Below, in pieces: positions 46,303-54,312 of a DNA stretch of 55,419 nucleotides. The DNA is from an uncultured virus (IMG/VR IMGVR_UViG_3300002835_000011). Lineage: Duplodnaviria > Heunggongvirae > Uroviricota > Caudoviricetes. The notes under the pieces are model-generated. The model saw only the letters and a program-made list of their open reading frames with translations, was not told the origin of the DNA and ran no database searches. Made by a program: the position numbers and the translations under genes. The number at the start of each line of letters is the position of its first letter. Position 1 is the first letter of the stretch. The stretch is from IMG/VR virus record IMGVR_UViG_3300002835_000011, one strand, 5' to 3'.

Positions 46303-46987
46303 TATTAGTAATTATTTTATATCTCCAAATAAATCCCCCGGCAGTTTTTCCCTTTCCGCTCAGAACTTTTTTGATAGATACTCCTATATAGCATTCAGCA
46401 TCTTTTATAGATCTAAACTCGTTTAATATTTCACCATCTTTTGATATTTGTAAAACTGGCTTATAATGAGACTCCGCTAATTTTTTCTTACTCTCATCAG
46501 AAAATTTAAATCCTAGGGTTCTTTTATTACCGATCATTCTTTGATGTATTTTTTTAAGATTCTCCATCTGTTTATCGGAGTTTTTGCCCTTTCTTGACAG
46601 ACTTAAATTCATCCTATGCTCATCAGTAAATTTTCTTTCTCCGTTACCCTCTCCTCCGTTGCTCAAATTTCTTAGAGGTCCTTTACCTATGTCCTTTCTA
46701 CCTATGGATTCTATCATATTTTTCTCCAGTAAAAAAGAGTCTTTTTCTGATAGATCTTCCTTGTATTTAATTATTATAGGCTCTAGACCCATGTTTAGTA
46801 TTTTTTTTATAACATGATACTTGGGAAGATTTTTATAATTATCTCTTCTTACTTTTAAGAGATGCGTTCTGTATCTATGATTCCTTCCCTTTCCTATATA
46901 AAATGGCTCAAACTCGAAAGAAAAATCTCCATATTTATAATTTCCAGGTTTTGATGGATCTAGATAAACGTAAACATAATAATCCAT
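46280..46987 (-). mobile_element. Free-standing GIY-YIG homing endonuclease gene with NUMOD-type DNA-binding modules
   Basis: YVYVYLDP...FYIGKG...R...H; FTDEHRMNLS, FSDESKKKLAESH, KTAGGFIWRY; inserted between uvsY and uvsW. Confidence 0.8.
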
Positions 46988-47017
46988 AATAGCTCATCTT
47001 ATGGATTATATATCTAC
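46970..47017 (-). promoter_or_regulatory. Start-codon-sequestering hairpin with overlapping GATATATA promoter (47007-47014)
   Basis: Perfect 11-bp arms ATAATCCATAA/TTATGGATTAT, extended by GTAGATAT/ATGTTTAC; ATG 46987 lies in the 3' arm. Confidence 0.75.
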
Positions 47018-47038
47018 TATACGGTGTAAAATATAGAT

Positions 47039-47503
47039 TTAGTCCCTTCTGACCGCTCCACTCCTTAGGTAATCCTCCAACATAATACGATGGCGTATCC
47101 CATATAACATATGATCAACAGTCTTCATAGTTTCGTTAAAGAAAGATATCTGACCATCTACTAGATCCATTCTCTCCTTTAACTCCGAAAGGTCACCTTC
47201 AATAAGAGGGGTTTTTTCATTTGCCCCATACTTTACTTGAACTGATTCAGAATAATATTTTAATCTTTCTGCTCTATCCTTTCTATATTTTCCATTGAGC
47301 TTAACCATAACTTGTCCAAGCTTAGAATACATTTCTAATAGCATTTGTCTGCTAGAATATAATTCAACCTGAACCTCAGCAAGCTCTTTTATATTTTTCA
47401 TTCTTACGGACAAGATCCTTATCTTCTCCGTCCACTCTTCTCTTTCTAATTGAAATTCTCTAGCGAAATCCTTCTTCTCTACATTAGGCTGTTGCTCTGA
47501 CAT
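47039..47503 (-). CDS. UvsY-like recombination mediator
   Basis: 154 aa helical protein (LKYYS...LIEGDL...TVDHMLYGIR) next to uvsW. Confidence 0.6.
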   Translation of the reverse strand: MSEQQPNVEKKDFAREFQLEREEWTEKIRILSVRMKNIKELAEVQVELYSSRQMLLEMYSKLGQVMVKLNGKYRKDRAERLKYYSESVQVKYGANEKTPLIEGDLSELKERMDLVDGQISFFNETMKTVDHMLYGIRHRIMLEDYLRSGAVRRD

Positions 47504-47658
47504 TTTTTCTTCCTGTTATTTTTAATTTCTTTTACTTCTGAGCTGATCTTCTTTTTTACCTCTGTAATAGAAAAGTTTTCAGAAACTTCAAATTCTGGGA
47601 GTGATACATCTCCCTTGATTTCTATCGGGAATTTTATCTTGTTATTATTTTTCTTCAT
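47479..47658 (-). CDS. Small hypothetical protein
   Basis: ATG 47658 overlaps the primase TGA (ATGA coupling). Confidence 0.45.
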   Translation of the reverse strand: MKKNNNKIKFPIEIKGDVSLPEFEVSENFSITEVKKKISSEVKEIKNNRKKKCQSNSLM

Positions 47659-48728
47659 ACATCTATAATATCCCATTTATCAGACGAAAAGAAATTATCT
47701 AGTCGTTTTATTTTCTTACCGGTTGATCTAACGTAATTAACTACATCATTTAAATCCCATTTGGCTCTTTCGGGTAGATCACACTCCTTTATAAATCTTC
47801 CCCAGAGAAAAACCTGCTCCCCGTTTTCTAAGAACTCCCTGGCCTTTTGTCTACCAACTTCATCACCATCTAACATCCATCTCTTATTAGTAACATCAAA
47901 AGGAAATGGATTATTTATCGAGCAAAGTGCTATCGAGTTGGGACAAAGCCAAGCATCCAAAGGACCTTCAAACGTTGTTATCATAGAATCTAAATCAACA
48001 GTAGAGAATCCAAAAACACTAGATATTGGATCAACCTCCTCGGCTTTAAGTATGATCTCCGGTTCCGTTACTTTAAAAAGATTCTTGTATATTCCGCTTA
48101 GCTTGTATGTGTAATATTTACTACCACCATTCTTTTTTGCTACCGGTCTTATCTGCAATCCTATTATTTTAGTTTCGTCTCCGGATAAATTTAGAAGATA
48201 TAGATTTTTTCTAGAAGGATCCCATAAAAATTTAGCATCGGGTACATGATTTCTTTCAAGTAACCATTTTTCCCCGTATGTTCCCCTTAATTCTACTAGA
48301 CCAAGTCTTTGCTTGAACTCTTCTCTGTCAATTAGAATGTCCTTATAGTTTTCAGAAAAAAAGTAATCTAAGGAGTTCCTTATTTTTTTTCTTATAGTAG
48401 AGTTCCTCGATATTTCCGCTATTTCTGATATCTCATCACTAGAAAGCATAGTCTGGATATCAAAATCTCTGGTGAATTGATTTAGATTTTTAAAAACACC
48501 ACAGCCACCGTTGTAACATTTATAAGTTAGTGTATCTGTGTAAAGATTTCCTCGCTTCTTTTTAGCATCCTTGGAATCCCCACAATAAGGGCAACAGAAA
48601 TTTAATCTGTTGCCCCCTTGGTAGATTTTTAGTCTTTGTGGATCATTACCAAAGAACTTAAGTAGAGCGGAAGATACTATTCCTTTTACCCTATCTACTG
48701 ATAGCCCACTTATCGTCTTTGATTCCAT
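47655..48728 (-). CDS. DNA primase (T4 gp61-like)
   Basis: Zinc finger CPYCGDS...YKCYNGGC; TOPRIM FEGPLD and LDGD; DLND. Confidence 0.85.
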   Translation of the reverse strand: MESKTISGLSVDRVKGIVSSALLKFFGNDPQRLKIYQGGNRLNFCCPYCGDSKDAKKKRGNLYTDTLTYKCYNGGCGVFKNLNQFTRDFDIQTMLSSDEISEIAEISRNSTIRKKIRNSLDYFFSENYKDILIDREEFKQRLGLVELRGTYGEKWLLERNHVPDAKFLWDPSRKNLYLLNLSGDETKIIGLQIRPVAKKNGGSKYYTYKLSGIYKNLFKVTEPEIILKAEEVDPISSVFGFSTVDLDSMITTFEGPLDAWLCPNSIALCSINNPFPFDVTNKRWMLDGDEVGRQKAREFLENGEQVFLWGRFIKECDLPERAKWDLNDVVNYVRSTGKKIKRLDNFFSSDKWDIIDV

Positions 48729-48742
48729 AACAATCCATTATT

Positions 48743-49714
48743 TTATAGATCGTTATAAAGATCGTCTAAAGAAGGTGCTGATTTTTTAGCTGGTTTAGCT
48801 GCCTTAGCAGGAGCTTCCTCTTTTTCTTCTTCTACTGATGTAGTAGATCTAGAGCTAGCTTCTTCGTAAAAATCATCGACTGATGTTGAAGAAGCTGGTG
48901 ATGAAGATGCTCTTGAAGGAGAATCTGAGCTAGATCCGATTATTTCAGAAACCAATCTTCCATCTGGAATAGTGTTTCTAATAATTCTCATGATCTTATC
49001 GTTCTCATCCTCACTCCAATCATTGTAGTCATACTTATCAAGATCTAAAGGTCCAGTTTTAAGATACTTAGTTACAGCATCTCTTCCACTTTCATTTTTT
49101 TCAACTGCTTCACCGTTTATCATAAGTGACATCTTGTCACCAACAAACTGACATAAGTCGTAGTTGTTCCATTCACCAACTTTTCTTACATGAATACCGA
49201 AGTTCTTTCCTTCGAAAAGATCGTATGGATTAGAAGGATTACCAAATTCTGGTTTTATTTGTTGTTCGATAAGATCGTTAACTTTCCTACCGAATTTTAA
49301 AATCATAATTTTACCCTCTAGGTCAGGTCTATTAGCATCTTTAACAACTTGAATTAAAGAGTAAAAATCTTCTTTTCTAGAGAATGCTTTAGCAATTTCC
49401 TGATCTTTAGCTGAAGCAGAATTTTTAAGCTTCCAGAAAAGATCTTTTAGAATTGATTTTTTTCCTACTGTAGAAGGACAAATTGCTTTGTGGTTTGTTC
49501 CATCTACTGGATCTTTCAACCAAACGTAATATTGGTGGATTTTTGATTTTTTAGGATTAGTGATGTTTGGTAAAAATCTAACCAAAGATTTATAAACTCC
49601 GTCCTTACCTAATTCAGGATATGGTTTATAAAGAAACTCATCCTCGTCTTTCTTAATTTCTTGTTTAACAAATGCTTCGTTGTCCAGATTAAAAATGTCA
49701 AAATTTTCTTCCAT
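48743..49714 (-). CDS. Single-stranded DNA-binding protein (T4 gp32-like)
   Basis: VRFLP, CPSTVG, LEGKIMILKFG, NPYDLFEGKNF, NNYD; acidic tail SLDDLYNDL. Confidence 0.85.
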   Translation of the reverse strand: MEENFDIFNLDNEAFVKQEIKKDEDEFLYKPYPELGKDGVYKSLVRFLPNITNPKKSKIHQYYVWLKDPVDGTNHKAICPSTVGKKSILKDLFWKLKNSASAKDQEIAKAFSRKEDFYSLIQVVKDANRPDLEGKIMILKFGRKVNDLIEQQIKPEFGNPSNPYDLFEGKNFGIHVRKVGEWNNYDLCQFVGDKMSLMINGEAVEKNESGRDAVTKYLKTGPLDLDKYDYNDWSEDENDKIMRIIRNTIPDGRLVSEIIGSSSDSPSRASSSPASSTSVDDFYEEASSRSTTSVEEEKEEAPAKAAKPAKKSAPSLDDLYNDL

Positions 49715-49751
49715 GATTCTTAAATTATTTTAAATTATTACTTATTTAATA

Positions 49752-49780
49752 CTTATACCTTCTTACCAGATAAAAGTTTC
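49752..49780 (-). promoter_or_regulatory. GAAAC-N18-TATAAG putative early/middle promoter
   Basis: Overlaps the end of the RuvC-like gene, upstream of the ssb-primase operon. Confidence 0.55.
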
Positions 49781-50451
49781 TCTAAATTTTCTTCTACGAA
49801 TAAAGCTATCCAAGTTGCATCAATTATATCCGAACAAGGAGTTTCAACTTTGTTTGGCCCCTTGATCCATTTATCCTTATATTCTTTTAGATCTTTTATC
49901 AATGGTGACAATCTATTATCCTCGTTTCTTGTCTCTAATAAGGTATTATATAATTCATCTTTCTTCGAGTTTCCTTTCAGAGCAAACTTTTTAACAGTAG
50001 TCGGGGAAAGCACAAAGAAATTATTAGGATCTATTCTCTTTACTATTGCTGATCTTATTAGAGCGGTAGTCATTGATATGTCTATTAGAGAGTTTCCCGA
50101 AGATCCGAAAGAAAGTCCCTCCATTCCCACTATGGTTGATTCATCAATATAAGGAGCAAGAAGATTAATAGCAAAATCTGAAAAGTATATAGCATTTATT
50201 ATTTTATCCCTTTCCTTTTCGTGATACTCACCATTGAATTCCTTCTTAGGAATTATGTTTATATCGACCCATTTATTGTCGTTTAAGACGTTAAAAGGAG
50301 ATCCATCCTTCTTAAACATCTTATCTATAATATTAGTTGTCCTATGAAGACTTATCCATCTACATTTATCTTTTTCTAAAATACAAAATCCAGGGGAATT
50401 AAGGGAAAAATCAACTCCTATTATCTTATCCGATTTCAAGTTTAACATCAA
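49753..50451 (-). CDS. RuvC-like Holliday junction resolvase (start uncertain)
   Basis: IIGVDFSLNSPG, GMEGLSFGS, PTTVKKFA..GNSKKDE, SDIIDATW. Confidence 0.75.
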   Translation of the reverse strand: MMLNLKSDKIIGVDFSLNSPGFCILEKDKCRWISLHRTTNIIDKMFKKDGSPFNVLNDNKWVDINIIPKKEFNGEYHEKERDKIINAIYFSDFAINLLAPYIDESTIVGMEGLSFGSSGNSLIDISMTTALIRSAIVKRIDPNNFFVLSPTTVKKFALKGNSKKDELYNTLLETRNEDNRLSPLIKDLKEYKDKWIKGPNKVETPCSDIIDATWIALFVEENLEKLLSGKKV

Positions 50452-50977
50452 CGTAATTGCATTTAAATCCTATACTAAAGGTTGAAAACTGAGGAGTAGT
50501 GCTTGCGTAGTTCAATTGTATCTCCGACAGTGATGTATATATCGGCTGTTGTAAAAGAACACTAGTCATTACGATCCCATCGTTATCTAAAAGCAATAGT
50601 CTAAAATCAGGAAGATATTCATTAGGGTTTTGGAAATCTAGGAATTTTATTATGTTCTCATAAAGGACCCAATAGTTTATAAAGCCCTCTCCAAGTTTAA
50701 AGGTAACAGTAAAATCTCTCTGTATTAAGTTCTGTAAAGTAGTAGCACTTTTGTAAGATTGTCTGAAACCTCCAGGTCTAACTTGTTCCACTGTATCAAT
50801 AGTTCTAAGAGTAGGAAAATTAACCTGCTGTATTGTAGAATTTATAAAGCTGTCTACAGTATCATACGGTACAGGCATTCTATTAATATACTTCTCATAT
50901 TTTTCAACTACCTCGGGAATAATAAATCCCTTTGGAAAATTGAAAATAAATCCATTCTGCCTTGCGTTTAAAATCAT
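50426..50977 (-). CDS. Probable tail tube/baseplate-type structural protein
   Basis: 183 aa; IQQVNFP, FTVTFKL.EGFINY and FSTFSIGFK pattern reminiscent of gp19-like folds; follows a structural gene. Confidence 0.45.
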   Translation of the reverse strand: MILNARQNGFIFNFPKGFIIPEVVEKYEKYINRMPVPYDTVDSFINSTIQQVNFPTLRTIDTVEQVRPGGFRQSYKSATTLQNLIQRDFTVTFKLGEGFINYWVLYENIIKFLDFQNPNEYLPDFRLLLLDNDGIVMTSVLLQQPIYTSLSEIQLNYASTTPQFSTFSIGFKCNYVDVKLEIG

Positions 50978-50984
50978 TTACTCT

Positions 50985-53309
50985 TTATTTTTTAACCGAT
51001 CCAGGATCATTAGTTACAGGGAATCCTAAAGCATTACAGTATTGGATGTAAGTTTTATTAAATTCTCCATTCTCTAATTTAGGATGTATCTGTAAAGCTG
51101 CAGTTAAGAATTGGCTTCCTTTTATTCCTTTAAATAAAGAATTACCAGGAGCTCCAGGAGTAAAATAATAATTAACAACTTTCTGTACATTTAATCCCTG
51201 TGCCTCTCTTCCAGCTATAGAATCTGCTAAAGAATCAATGTTTATACTATTGGCCTGGTTGCTACCCTTTGTCACAGGTGGTACGCTGTTCTTAGAAGTA
51301 CTAACAAATCCACCCGTAGTATTTAACTCGGATGTTGGTTTTACACTTAGTATAGAGCTGCTTCCTAAATTATAAGGCTTAACTTTCTTTATTAATTTGG
51401 TTACTGGTACTCTAGAAGCTATTTGATTTCCTTGAGAAGTAGTCGGTATTGATGATACACTTGTTCCTGTTGTACTTGTTCCTTCCACTGTATTTACCAC
51501 TGTTCCAGTTACTCCAGTTGTTGTGGTTGTGGTTGTAGCGGTAGTTGGTGTTGTAGTACTTGCAATAAATTCCGCTTGTGTTTGCCAGGATCCAGAATAC
51601 AATTTAGTCTCCACTCCATCTGGTGTTCTCGAAACTATATAGAAATCTCTTGAAGTAAATCCTAGGACTTTTTTAGAATTTGTCTCTACTACCTTAAATG
51701 CTATTTGTCCAGCAGAAGGATTAGATACAGTTGTTCTGTTCTTTATATTCTCTACTCTTACACTTTGTCCAGATGAATCTAAGAAAACTATATAATAGCT
51801 AAGTGAAGTTCCTAAATCTATAATCTCGGGAGATGTTCCATCTTTATAATTATACACTGTGAATTTATAGAAGTTATCAAAGGGATCTACAACTATTTTT
51901 GCCTTACCTTGTCCATATATCTGAGTAGCATCAGGTACGGATGTTTCCGATATTATATTTCCATCCTTGTCTACAGTTAAGGTTTCTTTGGTTACAGAAA
52001 TATTATTATCCTTATAGAAAACAGGTATTCTTTTCTCTATAGGTGTAGGAGGAGCAATTGAAGGCCCACCTGATATAACATTAGGAGCCTGTACAACCTT
52101 ATTATAAACCTTCTGTGAATAAGCACCAGTGGTTAGAGATATTACGTTATTTTCTTTACCGTATTTAGTAACATCAAAAGATGAGAAAGAAGATCTTCGT
52201 ATTATCTGATTTTGATTACCCTTGTTTACAAGTCTCATAGTATAATTAACAACAAAAGATGTTGTTAGAGGATTAATTAAAACAGGTCTAAATATATTAG
52301 GCGCATTAAAATCCTGAGTCTGTGTATTGCTAAAGTTGTATGTTGTAATGTATGTTAAACCAACTTGTTCTTTTACCTCTATCTCGTTTACAACATAGTA
52401 AACATTACCAACTTTACCCTCCGCATTCAAAAAATCCTCAAGAAAGTTACCATCCCAAGTTGGATAGAATTCCAAATAATTATAAAATTGATTCTGCTGT
52501 ATAACAGCAGCTAAAGAAGAGAAGTTATCTTTCGGAATAACAGATAATTGATTTCTTACCTGAGCTATGTAATTCTCGTATCCGTTTTTTAAAGTTGTAG
52601 CAGATATTTCATAAAGACTTAAGCTAACCGGTGCATCCTTTAAGAATCCGTTACCGTCAGAAGATATTTTAGCTGCTAATGTATTTGCTTGTGCTGGGGT
52701 TCCTGCTAATATGTCAAATTCATAAACCATATTAGCATAAGCAGGAATCTTAACCTCTATATAGTGGTCATATAAAGCTCCTCCTAAATAAATAGGATTA
52801 GGGTTTAATATAGTTGATGATGTATCAGATTTAGTGATTATCCTCTGGAATATTGTTGCTTTTTTTCCGGTTCTTTCTTGGAATTGTCCCTGTATTATTA
52901 TACCATCTATATTCCCAAAATTGTATCCAGCTACTATATGAAATTTTATAGTGTCATAGTATACACCTATGTTAGAAGGAAATACAACAGGTAGATTGTT
53001 AACTGATGTTAATTTAGGATCCGTATCTAAATAGGGCACAAGATAATCATTGTCTAAGGTTACGAACCTATTTTTATCTACCTGAACAACACTAAGATCT
53101 CTTACGTTACCAGTTATTGATTCAGAGGAAGGATTATTTAATATCTGTACAGAATTATCAAAGTATCCATTGACAATCTTCTCAAACCCTACTGCAGGAA
53201 CACCAGTGTTTACGTAATATATTTCGGGCGTTGGTGCAGTAGTGTAATCATACTCCATTAACAAGTATGATCCAAACTTTACAAATCTTTGTGTAGAGGT
53301 ATAAGCCAT
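50985..53309 (-). CDS. Large probable virion structural protein with a Thr-rich linker
   Basis: 774 aa, beta-rich, N/T/V/Y-rich; preceded by GATATATA. Confidence 0.55.
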   Translation of the reverse strand: MAYTSTQRFVKFGSYLLMEYDYTTAPTPEIYYVNTGVPAVGFEKIVNGYFDNSVQILNNPSSESITGNVRDLSVVQVDKNRFVTLDNDYLVPYLDTDPKLTSVNNLPVVFPSNIGVYYDTIKFHIVAGYNFGNIDGIIIQGQFQERTGKKATIFQRIITKSDTSSTILNPNPIYLGGALYDHYIEVKIPAYANMVYEFDILAGTPAQANTLAAKISSDGNGFLKDAPVSLSLYEISATTLKNGYENYIAQVRNQLSVIPKDNFSSLAAVIQQNQFYNYLEFYPTWDGNFLEDFLNAEGKVGNVYYVVNEIEVKEQVGLTYITTYNFSNTQTQDFNAPNIFRPVLINPLTTSFVVNYTMRLVNKGNQNQIIRRSSFSSFDVTKYGKENNVISLTTGAYSQKVYNKVVQAPNVISGGPSIAPPTPIEKRIPVFYKDNNISVTKETLTVDKDGNIISETSVPDATQIYGQGKAKIVVDPFDNFYKFTVYNYKDGTSPEIIDLGTSLSYYIVFLDSSGQSVRVENIKNRTTVSNPSAGQIAFKVVETNSKKVLGFTSRDFYIVSRTPDGVETKLYSGSWQTQAEFIASTTTPTTATTTTTTTGVTGTVVNTVEGTSTTGTSVSSIPTTSQGNQIASRVPVTKLIKKVKPYNLGSSSILSVKPTSELNTTGGFVSTSKNSVPPVTKGSNQANSINIDSLADSIAGREAQGLNVQKVVNYYFTPGAPGNSLFKGIKGSQFLTAALQIHPKLENGEFNKTYIQYCNALGFPVTNDPGSVKK

Positions 53310-53313
53310 GGTT

Positions 53314-53321
53314 TATATATC
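53314..53321 (-). promoter_or_regulatory. GATATATA putative late promoter
   Basis: Exact motif 4 nt upstream of ATG 53309. Confidence 0.6.
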
Positions 53322-53323
53322 CC

Positions 53324-54121
53324 TTAGAACTTAATGATAGAATATTGTATACCTACACCAACATTGAACATTGCACCTGCTATAGGCTTACCATTTATAC
53401 CATATCCTGCACCCAACCCAATTCCTACATATGGTCCAACAGAAAACTTTTTATTAGGAAACATATTTTTTAGTACATCAGATTTATGAGGATCTATAAT
53501 TGCTCCCTCAATCTCAGTAATTTTCATACCTGGATATTTAGGTGTTACAAATATCTCCAATGATTTGTCTTTTTCTCTAAGCCCAGTAATGAAAGAAAAT
53601 CCAAGCTCGTCCTGATTTATTCTAGTAATCCCTGGTGTTACTTTATTTGTAACTGTATCGATCTTAAAGAAACTATTGCCGGAAAATTTACGATAGTTAT
53701 TAGCTAAAAACGTAGTGTCAAATTTCCAATCTAAACTATAGTTGCCATCAGGATATACAGTAAGATAGTTATTGACGTATTGTGTATCCGTTTCTATTAC
53801 AGTTTCTACATTCTGTATTACTAGAACCTGACCCTTAACCTTTTTTAGTTCCTCTGCAAGATCCTTGTTCAGTTTCTCTAAATTATCCTTCGAAGCTAAT
53901 AGTGTTTTTCTAACATAGGTATCTTCACCAGCTTTATTCTTCTGAAGCCTAACAGTGTCTTTTAAGGCATCTAAATTGTGATTCTGTATAAACAGCTGTG
54001 ACTTAAGATCAGCGTTGCTATTGCATTGTCTAAACAACAATAAAAGGAGTATTGCTATACCTATCGTCAATACAATATCCTTTCTTTTAAATACCTTTGT
54101 AATTAAAGATTCTTCTTTCAT
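53324..54121 (-). CDS. Membrane-anchored coiled-coil protein with a C-terminal beta-hairpin; spanin-like candidate
   Basis: TM/lipoprotein-like IAILLLLLFRQC; coiled coil; ends FSVGPYVGIG...VGVGIQYSIIKF. Confidence 0.55.
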   Translation of the reverse strand: MKEESLITKVFKRKDIVLTIGIAILLLLLFRQCNSNADLKSQLFIQNHNLDALKDTVRLQKNKAGEDTYVRKTLLASKDNLEKLNKDLAEELKKVKGQVLVIQNVETVIETDTQYVNNYLTVYPDGNYSLDWKFDTTFLANNYRKFSGNSFFKIDTVTNKVTPGITRINQDELGFSFITGLREKDKSLEIFVTPKYPGMKITEIEGAIIDPHKSDVLKNMFPNKKFSVGPYVGIGLGAGYGINGKPIAGAMFNVGVGIQYSIIKF

Positions 54122-54308
54122 CTTCTCTTGTTTTATTTAGTCTCTCAATTTCTTCCTGAGCTCTTTTTTTAAGTCCATCTAGGACTTCACCCTTGTCTAA
54201 AAGATATATTTTATTTTTAATATGCTCATCTATTTCAACTTCCAGTTTAGATAGATTATCGTGTATTTCTGAATACTCGTTTATGAACCAGTCTTTATTA
54301 TTTTCCAT
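54087..54308 (-). CDS. Small coiled-coil hypothetical protein
   Basis: ATG 54308; FINEYSEIHDNLSKLE...LNKTREDER. Confidence 0.6.
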   Translation of the reverse strand: MENNKDWFINEYSEIHDNLSKLEVEIDEHIKNKIYLLDKGEVLDGLKKRAQEEIERLNKTREDERRIFNYKGI

Positions 54309-54312
54309 ATTT

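Noticed and set aside
376..50971. Numerous plus-strand ORFs of 60-180 aa (e.g. 2448..2984, 3123..3542, 35277..35684, 39658..40059)
   Set aside because: They are antisense to well-supported minus-strand genes and have no motifs or promoters; only 5089..5613 and 33321..33626 are accepted on the plus strand
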